Origin: an uncultured bacterium
GTDB lineage: Bacteria; Acidobacteriota; Thermoanaerobaculia; Multivoradales; JAHZIX01
Length of the DNA stretch: 64,000 bases
Direction of reading: 5' to 3'
Assembly (NCBI GenBank): GCA_965368975.1
Contig: CBDUPA010000001.1
Location: forward strand, 704,001 to 768,000
Shown here: piece after piece, positions 48,499 to 59,512 of the stretch
Numbering within the stretch: the stretch's first letter is position 1
Layout: every line of letters begins with the position of its first letter
Notes under the pieces: model-generated
The model's database searches: none
What the model saw: only the letters and a program-made list of their open reading frames with translations
Told to the model about the DNA's origin: nothing
Translations under genes and position numbers: made by a program

Positions 48499-49959
48499 AT
48501 GTCCGACGTCTCTCTGCTCGATCTGCCTGACGACATCCGCGCCAGTCATCGGGACCTGTCGCCCGTCGCTGAACGCTATCTCGGCTTCCTGGCGCAGCAT
48601 CCCGAGTGGCACAAGCCGGTCGACGAGCTGATCGATCTGCCACACGAGCAGAAGATCTATCCGCTGGAGACCTGGCCGACGTTCATCAGCCGCGAGCGCT
48701 ACGGCGAGATGGGGCAAGCGAGCGCGCGCTTCCTGGACCTGCTGCGTAGCCTGCCGGAGCGCTTCGCCGGCAACGGAGAGGATCGCGTCGAGCGGTTGGT
48801 CGAACAGTGGGATCTGCCCGACGAGCAGACGGCACGGCAGATCCTCGATCCACCCGATGGCTATGCCGACTGCACCGCGCGCATGGATCTGATCCGCGCC
48901 GCCGACGACAGCTGGAAGTTCCTGGAGGCCAACGTCTCGGCGTCGCTGGGTGGTAGCGAGATGGAGCAGCTCGGCAAGCTCTACCAGGAGCAGCCGCTGG
49001 TGCGGGAGTTCGTGCAGCAAGAAGGCCTGGAGCTAGGCCTGATCGACACCCTGTCGCGCTTCGACGATCACCTGCTGTCCCACGCTCACCGCTACCTGGA
49101 CCGCTCGGGTGACGAGGACCCGAACGAGTTCAATCTGGCGATGACCGGCTTGCTGGCGCGCAGCGTGCCGAATATCGAGGAAGTGCTGCCCCAGCTGCAG
49201 GAAGACCTGAAGCGCCAGCTCGAGCGATTCGGGCCGGATCTTCATGGCAGCCACTTCTTCTGCCTGCAGGAAGAGCAAGTCGAAGAGCGCGACGGGCGCC
49301 TCTACGCGGAAGGCAAGCGCCTGCACATGGTGATCCGCTTTCCGACGTACGATATGCCGCAGAGCTTCGACCGGGCCTACCGCGCCCGGCGGCTCTACCT
49401 GGTGGGTGGGCCGTCGAACAACTTGCTCAGTGATCGGCGCAACTTCGCGCTCCTATCCGAGGCTGCCGACGTGTCCGATGGAGCTGAAGACGGGGGCCGC
49501 TTCAGCGACGACGAGCGCGCCTTCATTTCCCGCCACGTGCCCTGGAGCCGCAAGGTGTGCCGCGGTAGGACGACCTGGCGCGGCGAGACGGTCGACCTGC
49601 CGGAGCTGTTCGAGCGTGAGCGCGAGAAGCTCTTGATCAAGCCCTTTATCGGCTTCGGTGGCGAGGAAGTGCACGCCGGTTGGAGCACCGAGCCAGTGCG
49701 CTGGCGAGAGTTGCTCGAGGCGGCGCTGGAGAGCGGAAACGTGCTGGTGCAGGAGTTCGTGCCGTCGCGGCGCTATGTTTTCCAGCATGGTGACGCTGAA
49801 CAGGGGACGGGAGCCGGCACCTACCGCATGGTCTGGGGATCGTTCGTCTTCGGCAACCAGCCCGGCGGCATGGTGCTGCGCATGGTGCCGGAGGTGATCG
49901 ATGACGGGGTGGTGAACGTCACCAAAGGGGCCTTGCGGGGTCTGGCATTCCTGGTCTGA
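48499..49959 (+). CDS. Circularly permuted ATP-grasp amide ligase 2 (paralog of ligase 1)
   Basis: GGAGGAGG then ATG at 48499; same motifs (RMDL..FLEANVSASLGG, SDRR, HVPWSR, LIKP..G.GG..V, LVQEFV). Confidence 0.72.
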   Translation: MSDVSLLDLPDDIRASHRDLSPVAERYLGFLAQHPEWHKPVDELIDLPHEQKIYPLETWPTFISRERYGEMGQASARFLDLLRSLPERFAGNGEDRVERLVEQWDLPDEQTARQILDPPDGYADCTARMDLIRAADDSWKFLEANVSASLGGSEMEQLGKLYQEQPLVREFVQQEGLELGLIDTLSRFDDHLLSHAHRYLDRSGDEDPNEFNLAMTGLLARSVPNIEEVLPQLQEDLKRQLERFGPDLHGSHFFCLQEEQVEERDGRLYAEGKRLHMVIRFPTYDMPQSFDRAYRARRLYLVGGPSNNLLSDRRNFALLSEAADVSDGAEDGGRFSDDERAFISRHVPWSRKVCRGRTTWRGETVDLPELFEREREKLLIKPFIGFGGEEVHAGWSTEPVRWRELLEAALESGNVLVQEFVPSRRYVFQHGDAEQGTGAGTYRMVWGSFVFGNQPGGMVLRMVPEVIDDGVVNVTKGALRGLAFLV

Positions 49960-50136
49960 GGTCTTTCGCCCCGGCGGGCTGCGCAGTCGCGTTGCTGGCG
50001 CCTCCGAGGCTGTGCTAGGGTTCCGTCGTTTCCTTGAAGTGATGTCGCCCCCCTCACTGCAAATCCGCCGGAGCTACCCGCTGGCTGGTCTCGCGAATCG
50101 CTGGGTTCGTGCCCGCCGGCATAGGAGAGTCCACGC

Positions 50137-51771
50137 ATGCGCCCAATCCGTGAAGTCGCCCGTGACCTCGGCATCGCCGACGAGCATTTCATCCCTTATG
50201 GCCACGACAAGGCCAAGATTCATCAGGACGCCCTGGCGGCAGCGGGGGATCGCCGCGGTAAGCTGATCCTGGTGTCGGCCCTGACGCCGACCTCGGCCGG
50301 CGAAGGCAAGACGACGACCTCGATCGCCCTGGCGCAGGGACTGGCGCACGTCGGTCAAGGCGTGTGCCTGGCGCTGCGCGAGCCGTCGCTGGGACCGACC
50401 TTCGGCATGAAGGGCGGCGCGACGGGTGCGGGCAAGGCTTCGGTGACACCGTCGCACGACATCAACCTGCACTTCACCGGCGACTTTCACGCCATTTCGT
50501 CGGCGCACAACCTGCTGGCGGCGGCGATCGACAACCACCTGCACCAGGGCAACAAGCTGGGCATCGATCCGCGCCGCGTCGAGTGGCCGCGCGTGGTCGA
50601 CATGAACGACCGCGCGCTGCGCTCGATCATCCTCGGCCTGGGTGGTCCGATCCAGGGTGTGCCGCGCGAAGGCAGTTTCGACATCACCACGGCCTCTGAA
50701 GTGATGGCGGTGCTGTGCCTGGCCGACTCGCTGGACGACCTGCGGGCGCGCTTGTCGCGCCTGATCGTGGCGCAGACCTACGGCAAGGAGACGGTGACGG
50801 CGGCGGACCTGAACGCTGTCGGTGCCATGATGGTGCTGCTCAAGGATGCGGTGCACCCGAACCTGGTGCAGACGCTCGAAGGCGTGCCGGCACTGATCCA
50901 CGGCGGTCCGTTCGCCAACATCGCCCACGGCTGCAACTCGATCGTGGCGACGCGCACGGCAATGGCGCACGCCGACTGGACGGTGACCGAGGCCGGCTTC
51001 GGCTTCGACCTGGGTGGCGAGAAGTTCCTCGATATCAAGTGCCAGGCGGCCGGTCTCGATCCGGCGGCGGTGGTGCTGGTGGCGACGATCAAGGCGCTCA
51101 AGCGTCACGGCGGCGTGGCGGACAAGAACCTCGGGCAGCCGGACGCGGCGGCGGTGGAGCGCGGCCTGCCGAACCTGCAGAAGCATCTCGAGAACGCGCG
51201 CCTGTTCGGCAAGCAGGCAGTGGTGGCCCTCAATCACTTCACCGGTAGCGATACCGACGAGGAGGTCGACGTGGTGCGGCGCGCCTGCGCCGAGTGGGGG
51301 GCCTCGTTCGCGGTGTGCAAGGGCGTAGCCGAAGGAGGCCCTGGTGCCGTCGAACTGGCCGAAGCCGTAATGGCCGCTGCCGAGGCCGGCGCGTCGAGTC
51401 CGCTACAGCCGCTCTACGACTGGAGCGAGCCGCTGCAGGACAAGATGGAGAAGATCGCCACGCACATCTACGGTGCCGAAGGCGTCGAGTACACCAGCGA
51501 AGGCCGGCGCGACTTCAAGAAGATCGAGCGTATGGGCTTTGCCGGGCTTCCCCTGTGCGTGGTCAAGACGCCGATGTCGTTCTCCGACAACGCCAAGCTG
51601 GCTGGCCGCCCCGAGGGCTTCAAGGTGACCGTACGTGGTGCTGTGTTGGCCGCCGGCGCCGGCTTCGTGGTGCCGTTGCTCGGCTCTGTCTTGCGCATGC
51701 CGGGGTTGCCGAAGGTACCGCAGTTGGAGCACATGGACTTGGTCGATGGCCGTGTCGAGGGGATGAAGTAA
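50137..51771 (+). CDS. fhs: Formate--tetrahydrofolate ligase
   Basis: PT.AGEGKTTT, REPSLGPTFGMKGGATG.G, INLHFTGDFHAI, HGGPFANIAHGCNS, TEAGFG.DLG.EKF. Confidence 0.97.
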   Translation: MRPIREVARDLGIADEHFIPYGHDKAKIHQDALAAAGDRRGKLILVSALTPTSAGEGKTTTSIALAQGLAHVGQGVCLALREPSLGPTFGMKGGATGAGKASVTPSHDINLHFTGDFHAISSAHNLLAAAIDNHLHQGNKLGIDPRRVEWPRVVDMNDRALRSIILGLGGPIQGVPREGSFDITTASEVMAVLCLADSLDDLRARLSRLIVAQTYGKETVTAADLNAVGAMMVLLKDAVHPNLVQTLEGVPALIHGGPFANIAHGCNSIVATRTAMAHADWTVTEAGFGFDLGGEKFLDIKCQAAGLDPAAVVLVATIKALKRHGGVADKNLGQPDAAAVERGLPNLQKHLENARLFGKQAVVALNHFTGSDTDEEVDVVRRACAEWGASFAVCKGVAEGGPGAVELAEAVMAAAEAGASSPLQPLYDWSEPLQDKMEKIATHIYGAEGVEYTSEGRRDFKKIERMGFAGLPLCVVKTPMSFSDNAKLAGRPEGFKVTVRGAVLAAGAGFVVPLLGSVLRMPGLPKVPQLEHMDLVDGRVEGMK

Positions 51772-51799
51772 GTGCGGCCTCTTTCCTCCGTCGGAGACT

Positions 51800-51817
51800 T
51801 TGTGACAAAATGCACAA
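51800..51817. promoter_or_regulatory. Rex/CRP-like operator upstream of the nqr operon
   Basis: TTGTGA-CAAAAT-GCACAA near-palindrome in an AT-rich patch. Confidence 0.5.
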
Positions 51818-52068
51818 GCGGCTGCGGGGGGAGATACTGAGCCGCGCGACCACGACACAGCGAGCGCTTCGCACCTTTCCATAATTCATCACAGCCACAG
51901 CTTCGACACGGAGTTCCATCGAGTCCTTGCCGTCCGCACTTTCCGCGCGCCCACGATAGCTGCGCGCGCTTTCCCCTGGCGGCCCCACCTATGCAAGGAC
52001 ACCTCGGAAGCTGGCACGGGATGGAGAAGGATGAGGACGCATCTTCTGACCTGAAATAGGAACGGAAC

Positions 52069-53490
52069 GTGGGTACGTACAAGATCAACAAAGGATTGGA
52101 CCTGCCGATCCTCGGCGAGCCGAGGCAGGCAATCGAAGACGGTCCGCAGTTGCGCCATGTCGCCCTTCTGGGCGGTGATTACATGGGCATGAAGCCGACG
52201 ATGCACGTCGCCGAAGGCGATGTCGTCAGACGCGGGCAACTGGTCTTCGAAGACAAGAAAACCCCTGGCGTGCGCTTCACGGCGCCGGCTTCCGGCAAGG
52301 TAGTCGCGGTACACCGCGGTGCCCGTCGAGCCTTCCAGTCGCTGGTCATCGAACTCGATGAAGCCGAGCGCGCTGCCTTTGCTCCAGGAGCCCTCAAGGA
52401 CGACGCTGAACAGGTCGAGTTCGAGAGCTTCGCGGCGGTCAAGGACACGGCGCCGGAGCAACTGAAGCGCGAGCAGGTACGCGAGCTCTTGCTCGAATCG
52501 GGCCTGTGGACCGCGCTGCGAGCGCGCCCCTTCGGTCGCGTTGCCGACCCGCAGGCCAACGATGGCAACGGGCCACACTCGATCTTCGTCACCGCCATGG
52601 ACACGGAACCGCTGGCACCCAGCGTTGACGTCGTCCTGGCTGGCAAGGCCGAAGACTTCCACCGTGGCGTCGAGGTGCTGAGTCACCTCACCGACGGCCA
52701 CGTTCACGTCTGCCGGGCCGCCGACAGCTCGGTGCCGGTGTCTCCGGCTCCGGGCATTCTGGCCGAGGTCTTCGATGGACCACATCCGGCGGGTACGCCG
52801 GGCGTACACATCCACTTCGTGGACCCGGTGCACCGCGGCAAGACGGTGTGGCACGTCGGCTATCAGGACGCGGTAGCGATCGGTCGCTTGTTCGCCACCG
52901 GCCGCCTGGACGTCGAGCGGGTGATCGCGCTCGCCGGTCCGCCGCTGTCGAATCCGCGCTTGGTGCGCACGCGCATCGGCGCCTCGACGACCGAACTGTT
53001 GGCCGGCGAGGACGTGACCCATGGTGACGAACACCGAGTGATCTCGGGTTCGGTGCTCTCTGGTACCCAGGCGCAGGGTGAGGATCTCGGCTATCTCGGC
53101 CGCTACCACAACCAGGTCTCGGTGCTGCAAGAGGATCGCAGTCGTACCCTCTTTGGCTGGATGGGCCCGGGTGGCGACAAGTTCTCGCTCGTACGCGCCT
53201 TTCTCTCGGCTGTGACGCCGCAGCGCAAGTACGCGTTCACCACCACGACGCACGGTGATCCGCGTGCCATCGTGCCGATCGGTCTGTACGAGAAGGTGAT
53301 GCCGATGGACATCCTGCCCACCTTCTTGCTGCGGGCCCTGGTCATGGGTGACCTAGAGCAAGCCGAGGCTCTCGGCTGCCTGGAACTGACGGAAGAAGAC
53401 CTCGCCCTGTGCACCTTTGTGTGCCCGGGCAAGAACGAATTCGGCCCCTACCTGCGCGAGGTGCTGACCACCATCGAGAAGGAAGGGTGA
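52069..53490 (+). CDS. nqrA: Na+-translocating NADH:quinone reductase subunit A
   Basis: [48 protein letters not shown]. Confidence 0.96.
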   Translation: MGTYKINKGLDLPILGEPRQAIEDGPQLRHVALLGGDYMGMKPTMHVAEGDVVRRGQLVFEDKKTPGVRFTAPASGKVVAVHRGARRAFQSLVIELDEAERAAFAPGALKDDAEQVEFESFAAVKDTAPEQLKREQVRELLLESGLWTALRARPFGRVADPQANDGNGPHSIFVTAMDTEPLAPSVDVVLAGKAEDFHRGVEVLSHLTDGHVHVCRAADSSVPVSPAPGILAEVFDGPHPAGTPGVHIHFVDPVHRGKTVWHVGYQDAVAIGRLFATGRLDVERVIALAGPPLSNPRLVRTRIGASTTELLAGEDVTHGDEHRVISGSVLSGTQAQGEDLGYLGRYHNQVSVLQEDRSRTLFGWMGPGGDKFSLVRAFLSAVTPQRKYAFTTTTHGDPRAIVPIGLYEKVMPMDILPTFLLRALVMGDLEQAEALGCLELTEEDLALCTFVCPGKNEFGPYLREVLTTIEKEG

Positions 53491-53500
53491 GGAGGAACGG

Positions 53501-54724
53501 ATGAAAGCTCTGCGATCCTTCCTGGACAAGCAAGGCAAGATGTTCGAGCCCGGGGGCAAGCTGGAGAAGCTCCATCCCCTGTGGGAAGCCCAGGACTCAT
53601 TTCTCTACACCCCGGGGAAAGTGACCAAGGGTGCCTCGCATGTACGCGACGCTCTCGATCTCAAACGCATGATGGGCATGGTGGTGGTGGCGCTGATCCC
53701 GGCGGTACTGATGGCCATGTACAACACGGGCTACCAGGCCCACCTGGCGATCGCTGGCGGCGCCGCGGCACTCGACAACTGGCAGACGGCCGCCATGGGC
53801 TGGCTGGGTATGGCCTTCGACCCGAAGGACGTCCTCGCCTGCTTCATTCACGGTGCGCTCTACTACCTACCGGTGGTAATCGTGACGCTGGCGGTGGGTG
53901 GTAATTGCGAGGCTCTCTTCTCCATCGTGCGCAAGCACGACATCAACGAGGGTTTCCTGGTCACCTGGATGCTCTTCCCGCTGATCCTGCCGCCGACCAT
54001 TCCGCTGTGGCAGGTGGCGATCGGCATCGCTTTCGGTGTCATCGTCGGCAAAGAGATCTTCGGCGGCACTGGCATGAATATCCTCAACCCGGCTCTCACC
54101 GCGCGCGCCTTCCTGTTCTTCGCCTACCCGGCGGAGATCAGTGGCGACAATGTGTGGGTCGCCGCCCAGACCTCGCCCGACGGCTACTCGGGGGCCACCT
54201 GGCTGGCACGCTCGGCCGAGAGCGGCAAGGCAGTGCTGGAGCAGAGTGCCAGTTGGATGGATGCCTTCATCGGCCTGGTGCCGGGTTCGATGGGCGAGAC
54301 CTCGGCGCTTGGCTGCCTGATCGGCGCCGCGGTGCTGATTGCCTGTGGCGTCGGCTCCTGGCGCATCATGGCGGGCGTCGTGATCGGCAGTGCCGTCACG
54401 GCCGTGTTGCTCAACCTGCTGCCGTCGAACACCAACGCCTTCCTCGACGTGCCCTTCTACTGGCACTTCGTGCTCGGCGGCTGGGCCTTTGGCACGGTGT
54501 TCATGGCCACCGAACCGGTCACCGCATCGCACTCGATCCGCGGTATGTGGATCTACGGGCTGCTGATCGGTGTCTTCGCGATCCTCATCCGAGTGGTCAA
54601 TCCGGCCTACCCGGAGGGGATGATGCTGGCCATCCTGTTCATGAACCTGTTCGCCGCGCTGATCGACTACTACGTCGTGAAGGCGAACATCGATCGCCGG
54701 AGGGCGCGATATGCAGCAGCGTAA
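53501..54724 (+). CDS. nqrB: Na+-NQR subunit B
   Basis: [35 protein letters not shown] site, [14 protein letters not shown]. Confidence 0.96.
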   Translation: MKALRSFLDKQGKMFEPGGKLEKLHPLWEAQDSFLYTPGKVTKGASHVRDALDLKRMMGMVVVALIPAVLMAMYNTGYQAHLAIAGGAAALDNWQTAAMGWLGMAFDPKDVLACFIHGALYYLPVVIVTLAVGGNCEALFSIVRKHDINEGFLVTWMLFPLILPPTIPLWQVAIGIAFGVIVGKEIFGGTGMNILNPALTARAFLFFAYPAEISGDNVWVAAQTSPDGYSGATWLARSAESGKAVLEQSASWMDAFIGLVPGSMGETSALGCLIGAAVLIACGVGSWRIMAGVVIGSAVTAVLLNLLPSNTNAFLDVPFYWHFVLGGWAFGTVFMATEPVTASHSIRGMWIYGLLIGVFAILIRVVNPAYPEGMMLAILFMNLFAALIDYYVVKANIDRRRARYAAA

Positions 54725-55493
54725 CACCGTCTACACCATCGCCTTCGCCGCTGGCGTCTGCCTGGTGTGCTCGATCTTGGTGGCTTCCGCGGCAGTCTCG
54801 CTGCGGCCGGCCCAGGAAACCAACAAGGCGCTCGACAAGCAGCGCAATGTGTTGGTGGCCGCCGGTCTGGCCAGCGATGACGAGAAGCTGACTCCGGAAG
54901 AAATCGAGTCGCGCTTCGCCACCTTCAAGCCGCTGGTGGTCAACCTGGAAACCGACAGCGCCGAACCCGACGTCGATCCGTTCTCGATCGATCCGCGCAA
55001 GATGGTCTCGGACCCGCGCAACAGCCACGACGTGCCGTCGAACCTGGCGCAGCTCAAGCGCGTCGCGGACAAAGAAGTCATCTACCAGCTACTGGGTGAG
55101 GATGGAGAGGTCGAGATGCTCGTGTTGCCGATCCATGGCAAGGGCCTGTGGTCGACGCTCTACGGCTTCATCGCGCTCAGTGGAGACCTGGAGCGCGTGG
55201 AAGGCCTGACCTTCTACGAGCACAAGGAGACCCCCGGTCTCGGCGGCGAAGTCGACAACCCGCGCTGGAAATCTCTGTGGCCGGGCCGTCAGGTCTTCGG
55301 CCCGGATGGCGGCATCGAGATCGAAGTGATCAAGGGCAGCGCCGGACCGCCAGAAGAGAACCCGTATCAGGTCGACGGCCTCTCGGGCGCCACCATCACC
55401 TCGCGCGGCGTCACCGCCATGCTCGAGTTCTGGCTGGGTGACGAAGGTTTCGGCCCCTACCTGGAGACGTACCGACAGAGGAGCTCGAGCTGA
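54711..55493 (+). CDS. nqrC: Na+-NQR subunit C
   Basis: [35 protein letters not shown]. Confidence 0.96.
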   Translation: MQQRNTVYTIAFAAGVCLVCSILVASAAVSLRPAQETNKALDKQRNVLVAAGLASDDEKLTPEEIESRFATFKPLVVNLETDSAEPDVDPFSIDPRKMVSDPRNSHDVPSNLAQLKRVADKEVIYQLLGEDGEVEMLVLPIHGKGLWSTLYGFIALSGDLERVEGLTFYEHKETPGLGGEVDNPRWKSLWPGRQVFGPDGGIEIEVIKGSAGPPEENPYQVDGLSGATITSRGVTAMLEFWLGDEGFGPYLETYRQRSSS

Positions 55494-56119
55494 TGGCCCA
55501 GAGCAAGACCGACGTCCTATTGGACCCCCTGTTCAACAACAACCCGATCGCGCTGCAGGTGCTCGGCATCTGTTCCGCGCTGGCGGTGACCACGAAAATG
55601 GAAACTTCTGTGGTCATGTGCGCCGCGCTGGTCTTCGTGCTGACGGGCTCCAACCTGGCGGTGAGCCTGCTGCGTAACGGCATTCCGAACAACATCCGCA
55701 TCATCGTGCAGTTGACCATCATCGCCTCGCTGGTGATCGTCGTCGATCAAGTACTGACCGCCTACGTCTACGACATCAGCAAGCAGCTGAGCGTCTTTGT
55801 CGGTCTGATCATCACGAACTGCATCGTCATGGGGCGCGCCGAGGCGTTCGCCATGCAGAACGGCCCTGGCATGAGCTTGCTGGATGGCCTGGGCAATGGC
55901 TTCGGCTACAGCATGATCCTGCTCGGCACCGCGGTGCTGCGCGAGCTGTTTGGCTCCGGCAAGCTGTTCGGTTACAACATCTTGACGCCGGTCACCGAGG
56001 GCGGTTGGTATCCCACCAATGGCCTGATGGTGCTGTCACCGGCTGCCTTCTTCATCATCGGCTTCTTCATCTGGGCGCTGCGCGCCTGGAAGCCCGAGCA
56101 GGTCGAACCGGAGGGTTGA
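55493..56119 (+). CDS. nqrD: Na+-NQR subunit D
   Basis: [35 protein letters not shown]. Confidence 0.96.
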   Translation: MAQSKTDVLLDPLFNNNPIALQVLGICSALAVTTKMETSVVMCAALVFVLTGSNLAVSLLRNGIPNNIRIIVQLTIIASLVIVVDQVLTAYVYDISKQLSVFVGLIITNCIVMGRAEAFAMQNGPGMSLLDGLGNGFGYSMILLGTAVLRELFGSGKLFGYNILTPVTEGGWYPTNGLMVLSPAAFFIIGFFIWALRAWKPEQVEPEG

Positions 56120-56123
56120 GGTC

Positions 56124-56738
56124 ATGGAAGAGTATCTGAATCTCGCGATCAAGGCGATTTTCGTCGAGAACATGGCCCTGGCGTTCTTCCTGGGCATGTG
56201 TTCTTTTCTCGCCTGCTCCAAGAAGGTCGAGACCGCGGTAGGCCTCGGCTGGGCTGTGGTCTTCGTGCTGTCGGTGACCGTGCCGGCCAACAACCTGATC
56301 TACAACTACCTGCTCAAGGAAGGCGCCATGAGCTGGATCCATCCCAGCTTGGCCAGCGTCGACCTCTCCTTCCTGGGCTTCCTGTGCTACATCGGCACGA
56401 TTGCCGCCATGGTGCAGCTGGTCGAGATGTTTCTCGATCGCTTCGTACCCGGCCTGTACAACGCGCTCGGCGTCTTCTTGCCGCTGATCGCCGTCAACTG
56501 CGCCATCCTGGGTGCTTCGCTGTTCATGGTCGAGCGCGACTACACCTTCACGCAGAGTGTCGCCTTCGGTATCGGCAACGGTATCGGCTGGCTGCTGGCC
56601 ATCGTCGCGCTGGCGGCGATCCGCGAACGCATGCGCTACAGCAACGTGCCGATAGGTCTACGGGGCCTGGGCATGGCGTTTGTCCTCACCGGCCTGATGG
56701 CCATCGGTTTCATGGCCTTCGCGGGCATCCAGCTCTAA
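56124..56738 (+). CDS. nqrE: Na+-NQR subunit E
   Basis: [35 protein letters not shown]. Confidence 0.96.
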   Translation: MEEYLNLAIKAIFVENMALAFFLGMCSFLACSKKVETAVGLGWAVVFVLSVTVPANNLIYNYLLKEGAMSWIHPSLASVDLSFLGFLCYIGTIAAMVQLVEMFLDRFVPGLYNALGVFLPLIAVNCAILGASLFMVERDYTFTQSVAFGIGNGIGWLLAIVALAAIRERMRYSNVPIGLRGLGMAFVLTGLMAIGFMAFAGIQL

Positions 56739-56765
56739 CCGGGCGCCGAGAAAGGAACGACTACC

Positions 56766-57989
56766 ATGACGACCATCGCAATGGGCGTGCTCATGTTCAC
56801 TGTGGTCATCCTGTCGCTGGTGAGCATCTTGATGTTCGCCAAGAAGCGCTTGGTGGCCAGTGGTGACGTGACCATCGTCATCAACGACGACGAAGACAAG
56901 GCGATCCAGGTGGCCTCTGGGGCCAACCTGCTCAACACCCTGTCGGAGAACAAGATCTTCATTCCCTCCGCCTGCGGCGGCAAGGGCAGTTGCGGCGTCT
57001 GCAAGGTCAACGTGACCGAGGGCGGCGGTGCCATGCTGCCGACGGAAAAGGGCCACATCAGCCGTGGTGAAGAGCGCGAAGGCTGCCGCCTGTCGTGCCA
57101 GGTGAAGGTCAAGGGCGACATGCGGATCGAAGTACCGCCCGAGGTCTTCTCGGTGAAGAAGTGGAAGTGCAAGGTGCGCTCGAACGACAACGTGGCGACC
57201 TTCATCAAGGAGCTGGTGCTGGAGTTGCCGGCGGGCGAGGACGTGCCGTTCCGTGCCGGTGGCTACATCCAGATCGAGTGTCCGCCGCACCACATTCTGT
57301 ACAAGGACTTCGACGTTGCCGAGGAGTACCGGGAGGACTGGGACAAGTTCAACCTGTGGCGCTTCGAGTCCAAGGTCGACGAGGTGGTCAACCGCGCCTA
57401 CTCGATGGCCAACTATCCGGAAGAGCGCGGCATGATCATGCTCAACGTGCGTGTGGCCAGTCCGCCGCCGCGCATGCCGGACGTGCCGCCGGGCATCATG
57501 TCCTCGTATATCTTCAGTCTCAAGCCGGGCGACGAGGTCACCATTTCGGGGCCGTTCGGCGAGTTCTTCGCCAAGGACACCGACAACGAGATGGTGTTCA
57601 TCGGTGGCGGCGCTGGCATGGCGCCAATGCGCTCCCACATCTTCGACCAGTTCCGGCGCCTGCACAGCCAGCGCAAGGTGAGCTTCTGGTACGGAGCGCG
57701 CTCGCTGCGTGAGGCCTTCTACCAGGAAGACTTTGACTCGATTGCGGCTGAGAATGACAACTTCGAGTGGCACTTGGCGCTGTCCGAACCGCTGGAAGAA
57801 GACAACTGGAGCGGCTACGTCGGCTTTATTCACCAGGTGCTGTACGACAACTACCTCAAGGACCATCCGGCCCCCGAGGACGTCGAGTACTACCTGTGTG
57901 GTCCGCCGCTGATGCTGGACGCGTGCATGAAGATGCTCGACAGCTTGGGCGTCGAGCCCGAGAACATCGCCTTCGACGACTTCGGTTGA
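56766..57989 (+). CDS. nqrF: Na+-NQR subunit F
   Basis: SACGG.GSCG.C 2Fe-2S motif, [33 protein letters not shown]. Confidence 0.97.
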   Translation: MTTIAMGVLMFTVVILSLVSILMFAKKRLVASGDVTIVINDDEDKAIQVASGANLLNTLSENKIFIPSACGGKGSCGVCKVNVTEGGGAMLPTEKGHISRGEEREGCRLSCQVKVKGDMRIEVPPEVFSVKKWKCKVRSNDNVATFIKELVLELPAGEDVPFRAGGYIQIECPPHHILYKDFDVAEEYREDWDKFNLWRFESKVDEVVNRAYSMANYPEERGMIMLNVRVASPPPRMPDVPPGIMSSYIFSLKPGDEVTISGPFGEFFAKDTDNEMVFIGGGAGMAPMRSHIFDQFRRLHSQRKVSFWYGARSLREAFYQEDFDSIAAENDNFEWHLALSEPLEEDNWSGYVGFIHQVLYDNYLKDHPAPEDVEYYLCGPPLMLDACMKMLDSLGVEPENIAFDDFG

Positions 57990-58000
57990 CACGAGGTTCG

Positions 58001-59122
58001 ATGCGTACATCGAAGTTCCGTCCGCGTTCTGGTAGTCAGGTGAATCCTGCTTCCAGGGCACCAGCAAGGGTGGCCGCAATCGCGGTCACCCTCTTGCCTT
58101 TGTGTCTAGCCTGTACTCTGCTGGTCACGTTGGCCTGTGATCGAGCACCGGTCCTGGCTTCGTACTCCTTCGAGGGACCCACGATGGGGACCCGCTACGT
58201 CGTCAAGGTCGTGACGGTGGAGCGCGAGGCAGGATGGCAAGAGCGGTTGGCCGAGAGCATCACGGCTCGCCTGGCCGAGGTCAATCAGAAGATGTCGACC
58301 TGGTTGACGGATTCTGAGATCTCTCGCTTCAACGACAAGGCGAGCGTCGAGCCGTTCCTGTTCTCGGCCGAGACTTTCGATGTGCTGCAAGCCGCGCAGG
58401 AGGTCAGCACCGCGAGCGATGGTGCCTTCGACATCACGGTTGGTCCACTGGTCGATGCCTGGGGCTTCGGTGCCGCTGGCGAGATGCCAACGCCGCCGTC
58501 CATCGAGGTGCTGGCCGAACTCGAGACCCACGTTGGCTTCGACAAGCTGCAGCTGGACGTGGTGAGCAAGAGCGCGGCCAAGCAAGATCCGGACCTGCGC
58601 CTCGACCTGTCCGCGATCGCCAAGGGCTATGCCGTCGACCAAGTGGCCGAGGCTCTGGCCGCGCAGGGCTTCGAAGACTACATGGTAGAGGTCGGCGGCG
58701 AAGTGCGCACGGCCGGCCAGAACCCGGACGGCGATTCTTGGCGCATCGGCATCGAGCAGCCGGAAGCCAATCCCGTGCGCCAGGTCGCGACCGTCGTGCC
58801 ATTGAGTGGCGTCGCGCTCGCGACCTCCGGCAACTACCGCAACTTCTGGGTCGCGGCAGATGGCCGCCGTATTTCCCACACCCTCGATCCCCGCACGGGG
58901 GCTCCCGTCGCGCACGCGGCCGCTTCGGTCAGTGTCGCGCACCCGAGTTGTATGATGGCGGATGCCTGGGCTACCGCGCTGATGGTGCTCGGCCCCGACC
59001 AGGGATACGATGTTGCTGTTACCCAGGACCTGGCGGTGCTCTTCCTGATCCACGGTGAAGACGGTGGCGAGCTAGAGCAACGTCTCACCCCTGCTTTCGA
59101 GGCCCTGCTTCAGGCGCTCTAG
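58001..59122 (+). CDS. apbE: FAD:protein FMN transferase
   Basis: TMGT, FDITVGPLV..WGF, DLSAIAKGYAVD, EVGGE, ATSGNYRN, SH..DPRTG, ADAWATALMVLG. Confidence 0.93.
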   Translation: MRTSKFRPRSGSQVNPASRAPARVAAIAVTLLPLCLACTLLVTLACDRAPVLASYSFEGPTMGTRYVVKVVTVEREAGWQERLAESITARLAEVNQKMSTWLTDSEISRFNDKASVEPFLFSAETFDVLQAAQEVSTASDGAFDITVGPLVDAWGFGAAGEMPTPPSIEVLAELETHVGFDKLQLDVVSKSAAKQDPDLRLDLSAIAKGYAVDQVAEALAAQGFEDYMVEVGGEVRTAGQNPDGDSWRIGIEQPEANPVRQVATVVPLSGVALATSGNYRNFWVAADGRRISHTLDPRTGAPVAHAAASVSVAHPSCMMADAWATALMVLGPDQGYDVAVTQDLAVLFLIHGEDGGELEQRLTPAFEALLQAL

Positions 59123-59202
59123 GTCCTGTCGCCCCGTTTGCCGAAAACCCATGTCTCGATAGACCGCCCCGCGATCAGCTCTGCCAACGAAAGGAGCTTC
59201 CC

Positions 59203-59454
59203 ATGTTGGCCATGATTCTCGTCTCCGCTGGTGTTCTGGCCCTAGTGATGGTCGGAATGGCGATCGGCGTCATCCTGCAGAACAAAGAATTGCGCGGTTC
59301 CTGTGGCGGCGTTGCCTTCCTGGGGCCGGACGGCGATCCCCTGACCTGCAGCAACTGCAACTGCAAGCTACCCGAAGAGGTGGACGACGGTGAGCTCGGG
59401 GCTCCTGTCAAGGCGGTCCTCGAAGGCGACGGCGGCGAACGTTCCGCCGCCTGA
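59203..59454 (+). CDS. nqrM: Na+-NQR maturation factor NqrM
   Basis: One TM, MAIGV.....LRGSCGG and further Cys residues; located after apbE. Confidence 0.8.
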   Translation: MLAMILVSAGVLALVMVGMAIGVILQNKELRGSCGGVAFLGPDGDPLTCSNCNCKLPEEVDDGELGAPVKAVLEGDGGERSAA

Positions 59455-59491
59455 AGCCCCTCTCACCTGAAGCCCTCTCACCTGAAGCCCC
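59450..59491 (+). repeat. Short tandem repeat, about 2.7 x CCTGAAGCCC(C)TCTCA
   Basis: Direct reading between nqrM and trpS. Confidence 0.85.
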
Positions 59492-59512
59492 ATCGCAAGG
59501 AGTCAGAGCACG

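Noticed and set aside
49960-50136. ZTP (pfl) or THF riboswitch upstream of fhs
   Set aside because: Expected from context, but I could not find the conserved ZTP elements (GACUGGCG...GUGG..CCAC...CGCCUGGG) or a THF aptamer pattern. An Infernal/Rfam scan would be decisive.
50074-59053. Long antisense ORFs over fhs, nqrA, nqrF and apbE (likewise 8160-9737 and 42595-43902)
   Set aside because: Shadow ORFs expected from high GC3 codon bias; no recognisable motifs.
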